From: Gammaproteobacteria bacterium
GTDB lineage: Bacteria; Pseudomonadota; Gammaproteobacteria; GCA-001735895
Reading direction: 5' to 3'
Length of the DNA stretch: 64,000 bases
Assembly: GCA_050298595.1 (NCBI GenBank)
Contig: JBNKUM010000070.1
Coordinates: 1 to 64,000, forward strand
Part shown: one piece after another, positions 8,445 through 18,740 of the stretch
How positions within the stretch are numbered: position 1 is the stretch's first letter
How the letters are laid out: the number at the start of each line of letters is the position of its first letter
Made by a program: the position numbers and the translations under genes
The notes under the pieces: generated by a model
Told to the model about the DNA's origin: nothing
Databases searched by the model: none
Seen by the model: only the letters and a program-made list of their open reading frames with translations

Positions 8445-9534
8445 TAGCCGTTCCCTTTTCGATTAAGCCCTGATATACCGCCAGATTACCTTCAACCATA
8501 GCCTCGATAGAGTATTCCCGTTCTACCAGTTGACGACCCGCCATTCCGAATTGCTGTCGGGTATGCGGTTCATCGATCAGTCGTTTGAGTGCCTGCACCA
8601 GTCCGGCCAGATCACCCGGTTCAATCAGCAGACCATTTTCTTCATCGTACACGATCTCGGGCATACCGCCAGCACGGCTGGCAATTACCGGTACACTACA
8701 GGCAGCCGCCTGGATCAGCGAGATGCCCAATCCTTCCATCAACGCTGGATGTACCAGCACATCGATACAGCCCAGCCAGTTTGGCAGGTCGTGACGGAAA
8801 CCGGTGAATTGCACTCGGTCCTGCAATCCTCGTTCCTGGGCTTCCTGCTCCAGCGAGTCCTTTAACGGCCCCTGCCCAAAGCAGATCAGGCGTAATTGCG
8901 GATAGCTCGATACCAGTTGTTGCATGGCCTGCAATACCAGGCTATGCCCCTTGCGAGGTATCAGTTGTGCCACCATGCCAAGGACGACATGATCTGTCTG
9001 GGTATCAAACTCTTCATTGAATTTTTTGCGATCGCATCGATTTTGCCAGCCATTGGCATCAATGGCACTACGTACGGTGATGACCTTTTGTGCCGGGACA
9101 CCCTCCCCCAGCAAGACCTGACGAATACCTTCGGATATGCAAATGATCCGATCATAGAGGCGATATTTTAGCCCGACCCACCAGAGCGCTTCTGGGTTAT
9201 CCACACGTCGGGACAACACTGTTGGAATACCGGCAATGGATCCTGCAAGTCCTCCCCAGATATCCGCGCCCCGTCGGCTGTGACTATGAATGATGTCAGG
9301 CCGATGTTGTTTGATCAGCTTGAGCAATTTAAACATCAGGCGAAAATCCACATCGCCACGCAGCGAAAGCTGATGCACATCGGCCATGTCTTCTACCTCT
9401 GTAGCAATTGCACTGCCCTGCTGACAAACCAGGATATTTTCTATGTCACGACGATGCAGCCCTTCGATAATATAGGCAACCTGACGCGCGCCACCATATA
9501 GATGACGTCCGGTTTCTATGTGCAGTACCTTCAT
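8431..9534 (-). CDS. GT4 glycosyltransferase
   Basis: YGGARQV, RKGH and EGLGISLIQA...PVIASRAGGMPE. Confidence 0.9.
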   Translation of the reverse strand: MKVLHIETGRHLYGGARQVAYIIEGLHRRDIENILVCQQGSAIATEVEDMADVHQLSLRGDVDFRLMFKLLKLIKQHRPDIIHSHSRRGADIWGGLAGSIAGIPTVLSRRVDNPEALWWVGLKYRLYDRIICISEGIRQVLLGEGVPAQKVITVRSAIDANGWQNRCDRKKFNEEFDTQTDHVVLGMVAQLIPRKGHSLVLQAMQQLVSSYPQLRLICFGQGPLKDSLEQEAQERGLQDRVQFTGFRHDLPNWLGCIDVLVHPALMEGLGISLIQAAACSVPVIASRAGGMPEIVYDEENGLLIEPGDLAGLVQALKRLIDEPHTRQQFGMAGRQLVEREYSIEAMVEGNLAVYQGLIEKGTANGTV

Positions 9535-9535
9535 G

Positions 9536-10570
9536 TCAAACTGATCCGGGGCTGATTTGCTTTACTGTAGCCATCACCTCGGGCACCGTGATTAATTGCA
9601 TACAGCTGAATTCATTATTGCACTGAGGTCTACGCCGACAGGGTGAACACCAGAGTTTATGGTACAGGACTTTACCGTTGGGATTGCTGGGGTCGAGGTA
9701 GGGACTAGTAGAGCCGAAAATTGAAATTGTGGGTCGTTGCAAAGCATGTCCCATATGGGTTAAACCGGTATCCACGCCAATCACGATACTGGCCCGGGAG
9801 ATTATCGCGGCTGCCGTTAACAATGAGGTTACACCAACCAGGTTACGCAGCTCTGGTAGATTATCTGCAATCTTTTCGGCGGCTGCTTTATCAGCCGGAC
9901 CACCCAACATCACAACGTCATAACCTTTGCTCTGTAAATGCGATACCAGCTCACGCCAGCTATGCTCGAACCAGTGTTTCTGGGGACGTGTGGTGAATGG
10001 CAATATAACAGCGATATCTTTTTTCAACTCATTGGAAACGATAATCTCTTCCGCCTGCTGGTGACTTTTATCATCAATTGACAGGTGCAGGTCAAGCTGT
10101 TCGCTAGACAGACCCATCTGCTCGGCCAGATAGCGGTATTCAGAACTGATCAAACTTGCTTCACCACCCTTGGCAAACACCTGTGTCATCAGATACTGGC
10201 TGCCTTCGCGTGAACCCAGACCTATACGCTGTCTGGCATTGCTCTGCCAGGCCCAGATACCACTCTTTAACAAGCCCTGGAGATCTATCGCCAGATCTGC
10301 ATCCAGCGCCCTTAAGTCTGCTCTAAGCCTGCGCCATGCCCTGAACAGGCGTATGAATTGCCCCTGCCTGATGTAGCCACGCCATTCCTGTTTGGGCCAG
10401 GTGATCACCTGATCGATAGCGGGCTCGGCATCCAGTAATGGCTTAATGGCTGGCTCACATAACCAGGTAATCTTTGCATCAGGGTATTTACGCCGTAACG
10501 CCTGCACAAAAGGGCTGGTAAAAACAAAATCCCCAATAGCGCTTAGGCGTATGATCAAGATTGACTTCAA
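9536..10570 (-). CDS. GT9 heptosyltransferase (WaaC/WaaF family)
   Basis: ILIIRLSAIGD, DLQGLLKS, GVDTGLTH. TTG start. Confidence 0.9.
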   Translation of the reverse strand: MKSILIIRLSAIGDFVFTSPFVQALRRKYPDAKITWLCEPAIKPLLDAEPAIDQVITWPKQEWRGYIRQGQFIRLFRAWRRLRADLRALDADLAIDLQGLLKSGIWAWQSNARQRIGLGSREGSQYLMTQVFAKGGEASLISSEYRYLAEQMGLSSEQLDLHLSIDDKSHQQAEEIIVSNELKKDIAVILPFTTRPQKHWFEHSWRELVSHLQSKGYDVVMLGGPADKAAAEKIADNLPELRNLVGVTSLLTAAAIISRASIVIGVDTGLTHMGHALQRPTISIFGSTSPYLDPSNPNGKVLYHKLWCSPCRRRPQCNNEFSCMQLITVPEVMATVKQISPGSV

Positions 10571-10848
10571 TGATTTGCTCTTTTACTTGAAGGTTAAAAG
10601 GGAATTATACGGGAAAATCAACACAGGTCTGCCAGGTTGTCGTAAATCCATAAAGCGGTCTATTCGATACTTCAATATGCAAGGAAAATAGAGAAAACAT
10701 AACCAGAGTTCTCCTTGCTTTTTGAATAGTATCAGGCATTTATTAAGTATCACGCAGTTTAGAGAAGAGGAAGTTTGGAGGTCGGTATATTATCTGTCAT
10801 ACTTCGTTTCCCGTCTCGCAATTGTACACCAATCACCTAATTTGACCA

Positions 10849-12660
10849 ATGTGTGGTATCGCAGGAATATACGCTAAAAGCGCTGGAGATTACTCTCCTG
10901 ATGGCGCAAAAATGGCCCAACAGCTGGAGCATCGTGGCCCGGATAACACTACCGTATATCAACTGCAAAACGGGGTTCTGGTACATACACGTCTGTCTAT
11001 CATTGATCTGGAGCATGGTAATCAGCCACTATCTAATCATGATGAATCCATTCAGCTGGTCGCTAATGGCGAGATTTATAACTTTATCGAGCTAAGACAG
11101 GAGCTTGAAAAACATAAAGCTCAATTCAAAACACATTCAGACTGTGAAACCATACTGCATGCTTACGCTGAGCATACACAGGATTTTGTCCAGCGCCTGA
11201 ATGGCATGTTTGCTTTTGCCCTGCATGATTCAAATCGCCAGACCCTGACACTGGCACGTGATCGGCTCGGTATTAAACCCCTGTTTTATACCGTGCAAAA
11301 TGACCGGGTATTATTTGCTTCTGAGATCAAGGCAATACTGACTGCGCTGGGTTCTATACCCGAGTTGATTGATGACTCCTTGCAGCAGTTTTTACAGAAT
11401 CAGTTTATCTCTGGCAGAGAAACCATGTATCAGGGCATCTATAAGGTGCTGCCAGGTGAAATCATTGAATTTAATGCTGCGCTGGAGATGAGTCGCAGGC
11501 AATACTGGGATCCCATCGCCAGCGTCAATCAGTTCGAGTTTGGAGATGATATCTATGCTGAGTTTAATACCTCGTTCAATACTGTAATCGAGCAACATAT
11601 TCGCTCCGATGTTCCCTTTGGCCTGTTTCTTTCAGGTGGTGCCGATTCGGCTATTTTGTTAGCCATGTTGAGCCAGTTTCATGCACAGCCTATCAGCACC
11701 TTCTCGGTGGGGTTCAAGGGCCGGGATAAACAGAATGAAACCAATGATGCCAGTTACATTGCTGATAAATTCAATAGCAACCACCATACCTTACTGCTGG
11801 ACAGTGACGATATCTTCAATCGAATACCATTGATGACCTGGTCTGCAGATGACCTGATGCGTGATTATGCCAGCCTGCCTACGCTGGCTTTAGCGGAGTA
11901 CGCCGCACAGGATTTGAAGGTTGTTTTTTCGGGTGAAGGGGGTGATGAAGCCTTTGCTGGTTACAGACGCTACCACCCGCGTGGTTTTGAGAACCAGATT
12001 AAGAGCCTGATCTACCCCGGAACTCAGGGGTTTAGAACACGAGGGCAGTTGGGCTCGCTGGCACCATTTTTCAGGGATAGCTCAATACCCAAAAAGTCAG
12101 ACTTTCGTAACCATTTTCAAACTGCATGGAAGTCCTGCCCGAAACACTGGAGCTTTATGCAGAAAGCCCAGTACACCGATATCAAAACAGCGCTAAGCGA
12201 TAACCTGCTGGTCAAATCCGACCGCATGCTGATGGCCTTTGGCCTGGAAGGAAGAGTTCCTTTTGTCGATCATCGTGTCATTGAATTTGGCCTGGCCTTA
12301 CCCGATCAGTTTAAATATCAGGATAAAAAAGGGAAATTCTTCCTTAAGAAATGGGCTGAGCAATATATTCCGCCTGACTATCTGCACAGAAAAAAACGCG
12401 GATTTTACGTGCCTATCGATAGCTGGCTAACCCAGGACTCACTACAACAACATCTTAGACAGAAACTGTTGAGTAATAAGGCGATACAAAACTGGTTCGA
12501 CACCGATAAAATCAATCAGCTTTTTAAGAATGATCGTCATATCAAAAAATACAGCAGGCATATTATGTGTCTTATGCAATTTGCCATATGGCACAATATG
12601 TCGGTCAACGCCTTCAGGCAAAGACCTTCGAGCAATGAAAGCATCTTTGACTGGCTCTAA
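10849..12660 (+). CDS. asnB: Asparagine synthase-like glutamine amidotransferase (polysaccharide-associated)
   Basis: MCGIAG, HRGPD, RLSIID, NGEIYN, LSGGADS, SGEGGDE, EGRVPF. Confidence 0.92.
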   Translation: MCGIAGIYAKSAGDYSPDGAKMAQQLEHRGPDNTTVYQLQNGVLVHTRLSIIDLEHGNQPLSNHDESIQLVANGEIYNFIELRQELEKHKAQFKTHSDCETILHAYAEHTQDFVQRLNGMFAFALHDSNRQTLTLARDRLGIKPLFYTVQNDRVLFASEIKAILTALGSIPELIDDSLQQFLQNQFISGRETMYQGIYKVLPGEIIEFNAALEMSRRQYWDPIASVNQFEFGDDIYAEFNTSFNTVIEQHIRSDVPFGLFLSGGADSAILLAMLSQFHAQPISTFSVGFKGRDKQNETNDASYIADKFNSNHHTLLLDSDDIFNRIPLMTWSADDLMRDYASLPTLALAEYAAQDLKVVFSGEGGDEAFAGYRRYHPRGFENQIKSLIYPGTQGFRTRGQLGSLAPFFRDSSIPKKSDFRNHFQTAWKSCPKHWSFMQKAQYTDIKTALSDNLLVKSDRMLMAFGLEGRVPFVDHRVIEFGLALPDQFKYQDKKGKFFLKKWAEQYIPPDYLHRKKRGFYVPIDSWLTQDSLQQHLRQKLLSNKAIQNWFDTDKINQLFKNDRHIKKYSRHIMCLMQFAIWHNMSVNAFRQRPSSNESIFDWL

Positions 12661-13760
12661 TGAAGAAAAAACACCTGGCAATAGTCGTGTCATTCTCCGG
12701 CAATGGAGGCGTGGAAAAAATGATGGTGAATCTGATCAATCAGATGGCTATCAATGCAGAATTGAAGATTGATTTACTGCTGATACGTGATAGTAGTGAT
12801 TTTCTAAAGCTGCTTTCACCTGAGGTCAATCAGATTAAACTGGGTAGCAAGCACTCAGCAACCAGTATTTTTCCCATCAAAAGGTATCTGCAAAACAATC
12901 ATCCAGATGCGATTCTGGTGGCCAAGGAGCGAGCGGGTAAATCGGTTCTAATCGCACGTTTTCTCGCGGGTAAAAGTTCCAGAGTGGTATTACGCCTGGG
13001 CACCAACCTTGCCACCGCCATGCAGGGCAAGTCCTGGTTTGCGCGTTTCATCAGATTTAAATCGATACGCGTTTTTTACCCACACTTTAGCGCTATCGTT
13101 GCGGTCTCTCATGGCGTGGCAAGGGATACGCACCGAATCAGTGGCGTTTCGCTGGATAAGATTCATGTTATCCACAATCCAGTAATAACGGACAAGCTGC
13201 TGACTCTCTCCCAGGTTCCACCGTCTCATCCCTGGCTGGTTGAAAAAACATATCCGGTCATTCTGGGTATAGGACGCCTGACACGACAAAAAGGCTTCGA
13301 CACCTTGATCCGTGCATTTGCTTTGATCAATAAAACAATACATTCTCGCCTGATCATTCTGGGTGACGGGAATCAGCGCCAGGAGCTGGTAGATCTTGCG
13401 AAGGAACTGGGTGTAGGCGACAGGGTTGATTTCCCCGGTTTCAGTGACAATCCTTATTCGTATCTAAATGCAGTAGATCTTTTCATCCTGTCATCACGTT
13501 GGGAAGGTTCACCCAATGCACTGACCGAAGCGATGGCGCTGGGAACACAGATCGTGTCAACCAATTGTCCCAGTGGTCCATCCGAATTACTGCAGGAGGG
13601 TGATATTGCCCCTCTGGTCGCAGTGGATGATGTCGATGCCATAGCAGATTCAGCGATTCGAATAATGCAAAATCCCATCGATAAAAATCATATAAAAAGT
13701 GCGGTTGCTGATTATCATCCAGCCATAGCAGCCAAAGCATATCTAAACCTGTTATGTTGA
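12660..13760 (+). CDS. GT4 glycosyltransferase
   Basis: GGVEK, GRLTRQKGFD, SRWEGSPNALTEAMA. Confidence 0.92.
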   Translation: MKKKHLAIVVSFSGNGGVEKMMVNLINQMAINAELKIDLLLIRDSSDFLKLLSPEVNQIKLGSKHSATSIFPIKRYLQNNHPDAILVAKERAGKSVLIARFLAGKSSRVVLRLGTNLATAMQGKSWFARFIRFKSIRVFYPHFSAIVAVSHGVARDTHRISGVSLDKIHVIHNPVITDKLLTLSQVPPSHPWLVEKTYPVILGIGRLTRQKGFDTLIRAFALINKTIHSRLIILGDGNQRQELVDLAKELGVGDRVDFPGFSDNPYSYLNAVDLFILSSRWEGSPNALTEAMALGTQIVSTNCPSGPSELLQEGDIAPLVAVDDVDAIADSAIRIMQNPIDKNHIKSAVADYHPAIAAKAYLNLLC

Positions 13761-13817
13761 ATACCAACTCGACTTCTATGCTGTATAATCTCCCATCATT
13801 TTCAGTCTATTGAGATC

Positions 13818-14477
13818 ATGCTTCTTTCCATAAAGTACAAGTTCCTGTTTGTACATATTGCCAAAACAGGTGGCACCAGCGTGAGGACATCATTGCAAGG
13901 TTTACGCTGGCGTGATCCCTGGTATCTACCGATGTTTCTGTGTTCGCGTTTTAGCCATTTGTCCGGGCATCGCATCGGCAGTAAATTTCCGCGCCACTCC
14001 AAGATCATTGCGGCAAAAGAGATGCTACCAACAGAGTTTTTTGATTCACTTTTTAAATTCTCTTTTGTTCGCAACCCCTGGGATCTCCAGGTCAGTTCAT
14101 TTCATCATATCAGACGCGAAAGACCCGAATACCTGTTCGGTCATGAGGATTTCGAGAGTTTTATGAAATTCAAGTTTGACCCAGAGCGTGAATATCAATT
14201 TCATATCGATACCTCGTTGCAGCTACAGTCTGATTATCTAATAGATCTGCATGGTAATTTAATCGTCGACTATATTGGCAAATATGAATCTTTACAGGAA
14301 GACTTTGCTCAAGCCTGTCGCAGCATAGGGATTAAGGAAATTACATTACCCCATAAGCGTGAAGCGAAAGATAGAAAAAAGGATTACCGATCCTATTACA
14401 GCGATGAGACTGCCGAATTGGTTGCCCGACATTTTGATCAGGATATACAATTACTGGATTATCAGTTTGACATCTAA
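13818..14477 (+). CDS. Sulfotransferase family 2 protein
   Basis: FVHIAKTGGTS (5'-PAPS loop) and FVRNPW..VS (3'-PB motif). Confidence 0.88.
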   Translation: MLLSIKYKFLFVHIAKTGGTSVRTSLQGLRWRDPWYLPMFLCSRFSHLSGHRIGSKFPRHSKIIAAKEMLPTEFFDSLFKFSFVRNPWDLQVSSFHHIRRERPEYLFGHEDFESFMKFKFDPEREYQFHIDTSLQLQSDYLIDLHGNLIVDYIGKYESLQEDFAQACRSIGIKEITLPHKREAKDRKKDYRSYYSDETAELVARHFDQDIQLLDYQFDI

Positions 14478-14608
14478 ACCAGATCAAGCAAGTTTTCAAT
14501 TCCTCAGAAATGGAGCTGTTTTTAGCATGGGATTTTACAATATTGAATATCTACAACTCTGTCCCCAAAGATTGCTAATTTTAACAATAAACACGGTTAC
14601 GCTAATCA

Positions 14609-15715
14609 ATGACTGAGACGAAAGACAAGCTTTCACATATTGTATTTCTATGTACCTCGTTAGATGGAGGTATTGGAAGGAACATTATTCGTTTAAGCGA
14701 AGCCTTTATTGAAAAGGGTATTAAGGTATCGATCTGGCTGGATGATATTAATACTAAATATGTTCAGGAAGTTTCAGGCAATGTTCAAATTAAGCAACTG
14801 GCTACAACTCATGCCATCCTGGGCCTGCCCCAATTGATTTGGCTTTTAATTAGCGATACTCCGGATGTTGTTCTTACTTCAAATGAGCGCATGACCCGTT
14901 TGATGTACTACGCTCGAAGATTCAGTTATACCAAAACAGCATTAGTTGCCCATGTACATAATTTCTATGGCACAGCATTTAAGCGTTTAAGTGACAAAAA
15001 AAGACGTAAACGTATCGAGCGGCTTACCAGAATCTACCCAAAGATTGATGCGGTGATAGCTGTTTCTCATGGAGTCGCTCTGGACTTTTCACGGCTAACA
15101 GGCATGCCGCTAGAGAAAATCTCGGTGATCTATAACCCTGTGGCCACTCCCGATCTGGAAGTACTGAGTAACGAGGCAATACCAGAAGAAATTGGCGGAC
15201 AGACCATAGTCTCTGTGGGGCGTCTCACTTACCAGAAAAACATTCCATTTTTGGTGCGTGCGTTTATTGCACTTAGAAAACAACAGGTATGCCAACTGGT
15301 CATAGTTGGCGATGGTGAAGAACTGGAAACCATTCAACAGATGGTTGAAGAATGCGATTTCAAGAGTGATATCCATTTACTGGGCCACCGATCAAACCCC
15401 TTTCCTTATATGAAAAAGGCGAAGGTATTTGCCCTGACTTCAATATATGAGGGTTTTGGTAATGTAGTCGTTGAAGCCCTGGCTTGCGGAACACCAGTGG
15501 TTAGCACTAACTGTGGAGGGCCAGAGGAAATTCTGGCTACGCCTGAATTAGGTCTGATTATTGACCAGGATGACGAATCGGGTTTTGTTAAGGCCTTATC
15601 TAAAAAACTGAAAGATGATCCTGATCGAGCCGCACTGAAGAATTACGCCAACAGTAGATTCTCGGTGGATATAGCCACACAGGAACATCTACTCTTATTG
15701 CAGAATATTCCTTGA
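14609..15715 (+). CDS. GT4 glycosyltransferase
   Basis: GRLTYQKN and SIYEGFGNVVVEALACGTPVVST. Confidence 0.92.
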   Translation: MTETKDKLSHIVFLCTSLDGGIGRNIIRLSEAFIEKGIKVSIWLDDINTKYVQEVSGNVQIKQLATTHAILGLPQLIWLLISDTPDVVLTSNERMTRLMYYARRFSYTKTALVAHVHNFYGTAFKRLSDKKRRKRIERLTRIYPKIDAVIAVSHGVALDFSRLTGMPLEKISVIYNPVATPDLEVLSNEAIPEEIGGQTIVSVGRLTYQKNIPFLVRAFIALRKQQVCQLVIVGDGEELETIQQMVEECDFKSDIHLLGHRSNPFPYMKKAKVFALTSIYEGFGNVVVEALACGTPVVSTNCGGPEEILATPELGLIIDQDDESGFVKALSKKLKDDPDRAALKNYANSRFSVDIATQEHLLLLQNIP

Positions 15716-15716
15716 G

Positions 15717-16634
15717 TTACTTTCTGAGCCAGCTTAGCTTTCTATCAATAAAGCTACTGCTGATTGTTTCGGGTATGGTCAATAAAAGTGTCAGTTTTTC
15801 TGGCACTTCGCTGAATTGTTGCCTGATGCCTATTCCTGCATTAAATGATGATCTCGAATAACGTTTGTAATAACTCCTCAGGTCCTTTCTTGTAAGATAC
15901 TTAGCATGATCGGTAATTTCTTCCAGAAAGTACTGACGATAGGCGTTTGGTGCACTCTTAATCACCTGTCTTCGATTGGCGCCTATCCCATCCGGAAAGT
16001 GCCCTGCGTCTATAACTATAATATTTGAGAATCTGGTCTTATATTTCCTGGCTATCCGAATGTCAATTAGACCAGGTCTTGAATAGCGTTCACCGGGAAA
16101 CACCGGGTACGGAAATTCTTTCAACACCTCTGTTCGATATGCACTGCGTTTTTCTCCTCGCGACTCACAGATTAAGCGTTTCTCTACATAGGTTGAATCT
16201 AAATAAGGTTCGGGGTAAGCAGATGATGCAACTCCATTTTCCAGACATCTAAACTCTATACTGGCAAAGGTTTTTGTTTGCTCCTCACTCATTTCTTGCC
16301 AAAGATCATAGAGATCCTTCAGGCCATCTTCTAGAAGCGTATCATCTGAATCCAGAGTAAGAAAAAGTGTTCCCCTCGCTAAAGCTACTGCAGTATTAAA
16401 AGCAACATGCTTGCCCTGATTTTCCTGGTATACATAACGAATATCTGCTGATAGATCTTGCTGCAATTGCTTAACCAGTGCGCCTGTATCATCGCTTGAG
16501 CCATCATCAATGACCAGTACTTCAAAATCGTTAAAGGATGAATTAAAGCAACTCTTAATCGTGTCGCCTACACTATAGGCACGATTGTATGTTGGAATGA
16601 AAATGGTAAAGAATGGCGTATTGCTATTGCTCAT
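15717..16634 (-). CDS. GT2 glycosyltransferase
   Basis: FIPTYNRA, IDDGSSD, NQGKH, LDSDD. Confidence 0.92.
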   Translation of the reverse strand: MSNSNTPFFTIFIPTYNRAYSVGDTIKSCFNSSFNDFEVLVIDDGSSDDTGALVKQLQQDLSADIRYVYQENQGKHVAFNTAVALARGTLFLTLDSDDTLLEDGLKDLYDLWQEMSEEQTKTFASIEFRCLENGVASSAYPEPYLDSTYVEKRLICESRGEKRSAYRTEVLKEFPYPVFPGERYSRPGLIDIRIARKYKTRFSNIIVIDAGHFPDGIGANRRQVIKSAPNAYRQYFLEEITDHAKYLTRKDLRSYYKRYSRSSFNAGIGIRQQFSEVPEKLTLLLTIPETISSSFIDRKLSWLRK

Positions 16635-16638
16635 TGCA

Positions 16639-17517
16639 CTATTTAGCTTGTGAAGATTGATTAAAGCTTATCAGAAATTCAAGGTTTGAATCTGTAGCGG
16701 CGTAACCTGCATCCTGTCGCCAGTTAAGCTTGTGAACAGGTGTATCAGTTTGGGTAATGAAATCAATCGAGGTATCGGTTTTAGGTGAATTCATGCCAAG
16801 TTTATTCTGTAAATATTCTGCTGGCGTGTCGTATAGAAAACTGCGATCAAACCACAGTGATTTGAGTTCGGGATGTTGATCAAGCGTCTTCTCAAATATA
16901 TACATATTGACGGGATAGGGAAACAGTCGAAAAACTTTCAGCATCATTGGCGAAAACCAGACATTATTGGAAATAATATTTCGTTTCCTCAGACTCGTAA
17001 GTTTTCGCAGGACCTGTTTACCCCAGTAGCTGTATTGTCGAAATTGATTGTTTTTCCAGAGCGCGATCATATCTTGAGCCCAATGACTTAGAATTCGACT
17101 TTGCTTACTGCCTGCCAAAAACCATGTCGTCATCAGACGGTCATTTCTATCACTGGCAAAAGCAAAAAAGTGATCGACATAATAATTCTGTAACCATGCA
17201 TTTAAAGGCTTCACACAATAAAGACTCGCATCAGCCCAGACACCTCCATGAGCAAGCAGAATTTTTACCCGTATAACGTCAGACAGAGCCTGTAAGGTGA
17301 TGTCTGGACGTAGGTCCAGTCCCTCCAAATCGATAGTATCTCGTAACAATACCTTGTCTAATACGCGAACCTCCCATTCGGGGTTATGAAATCGCCATGA
17401 AGCAATGCATTGCTTCACTAAAAAAGGTGCATTTTCTTCACCTTGATCCCAGTAAATCCAAATGATTTTTGGTAAATTCTGGAAGTCAGGCATCTCGTTA
17501 TTTTCAGGCTCAAGCAT
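16639..17517 (-). CDS. Capsular polysaccharide synthesis protein (DXD, GT32-like)
   Basis: PKIIWIYWDQG and SDVIRVKILLAHGGVWADA. Confidence 0.85.
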   Translation of the reverse strand: MLEPENNEMPDFQNLPKIIWIYWDQGEENAPFLVKQCIASWRFHNPEWEVRVLDKVLLRDTIDLEGLDLRPDITLQALSDVIRVKILLAHGGVWADASLYCVKPLNAWLQNYYVDHFFAFASDRNDRLMTTWFLAGSKQSRILSHWAQDMIALWKNNQFRQYSYWGKQVLRKLTSLRKRNIISNNVWFSPMMLKVFRLFPYPVNMYIFEKTLDQHPELKSLWFDRSFLYDTPAEYLQNKLGMNSPKTDTSIDFITQTDTPVHKLNWRQDAGYAATDSNLEFLISFNQSSQAK

Positions 17518-17606
17518 ATAGTTTTGAAATCAGGGAGTTATAGTTAATGTTCTCGTGACATTACAGGAAGTAATATTTTGATTAAAGCTCAATCAGGGAT
17601 TCAAGT

Positions 17607-18704
17607 TCAAGGTTTGATGACAAATATCTTCCCACTATCAGTAGAAAAATAGATCCAGCCCTCGGGGCCTTGTACTAATGCGCGAATGCGTTCCCTCAGA
17701 TTTTTTAATAGTCGTTCCTCTGAAGTTGCAACCCTGCCCCATTTATCCAACGTAATGCGGTTGAGATGCTGTAACTTAAGCGCGCCAGCAAACAGGCTTC
17801 CCTTCCATTTAGGGAAGGCGTCACCATCGTAATATAGCAGGCTGCCAGGTGCAATCGAGGGTACATAGTATTTTACTGGTTGTTGCATACCAGGTTTGCT
17901 GGTTCCTTCTCCTACCGCTACCGGTCCCCAGTACTCCTGTCCGTATGAGATGACTGGCCAGCCATAATTCTGACCTTTTTCAATCAGGTTTATTTCATCT
18001 CCACCGCGCGGTCCATGTTCGATTTCATACAGGCGCTTATGTTGACTATCCCAGGCTAAACCCTGTGGATTTCTATGACCGTAGCTCCATATTTCGGCTT
18101 TGGCTCTTTTATCGGTGATAAAAGGATTATCTGAGGGCAGCTGTCCATCAGGATAGATTCTCATGATAGATCCAGCATGAGTGGTGAGATCCTGCCCGTT
18201 GGGTCTTTTACCTCTATCCCCTACGCCGAAATATAAAAATCCCTTATCGTCGAAAGCAATGCGACTACCGTAATGCCTGGTGGTATTGGTAGCTGATTGA
18301 GTGACCAGTATTTCCTGCCAGTCGGTCAGTTTTCCCCCTTCTAGATGAGCTCGACCGAGCACAGTGACACCGCGCTGCTGGATAGCTTTGGTATAAGTAA
18401 AGTATATCCAGCCCCCTGGCTTATAATCTGGTTCGGTTTTTACATCCAGTAGTCCCCCCTGCCCCTCAGACAGCACGGGTGGCACTCCAGATAAATAGCG
18501 TACCGAATTATCCTCAAGGTTGAGTAAGCCTGCTTTACCATTACGCTCCGTAAATAGTATTTGTGAGTCTGTTACGAAGGTCATACCCCAGGGCACGTCG
18601 AGTCCAGAAACCAGTCGCTGCAGCTGGAATTCTGCCGCCTGTAGTGTGTGACTGAGCAGCAAAATCAAAATGAAGGTTAACCGTTTCATAGCCATAGAAT
18701 TCAT
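17607..18704 (-). CDS. Periplasmic PQQ-dependent aldose sugar dehydrogenase (YliI/GSDH family)
   Basis: Signal peptide; GQGGLLDV, HYGSRIAF, SYGHRNPQG, EHGPRGGDEIN. The true start may be 18695 or 18689. Confidence 0.9.
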   Translation of the reverse strand: MNSMAMKRLTFILILLLSHTLQAAEFQLQRLVSGLDVPWGMTFVTDSQILFTERNGKAGLLNLEDNSVRYLSGVPPVLSEGQGGLLDVKTEPDYKPGGWIYFTYTKAIQQRGVTVLGRAHLEGGKLTDWQEILVTQSATNTTRHYGSRIAFDDKGFLYFGVGDRGKRPNGQDLTTHAGSIMRIYPDGQLPSDNPFITDKRAKAEIWSYGHRNPQGLAWDSQHKRLYEIEHGPRGGDEINLIEKGQNYGWPVISYGQEYWGPVAVGEGTSKPGMQQPVKYYVPSIAPGSLLYYDGDAFPKWKGSLFAGALKLQHLNRITLDKWGRVATSEERLLKNLRERIRALVQGPEGWIYFSTDSGKIFVIKP

Positions 18705-18740
18705 CCCTTAGTAACAAAAATGTACACAACAAAATTCAGC

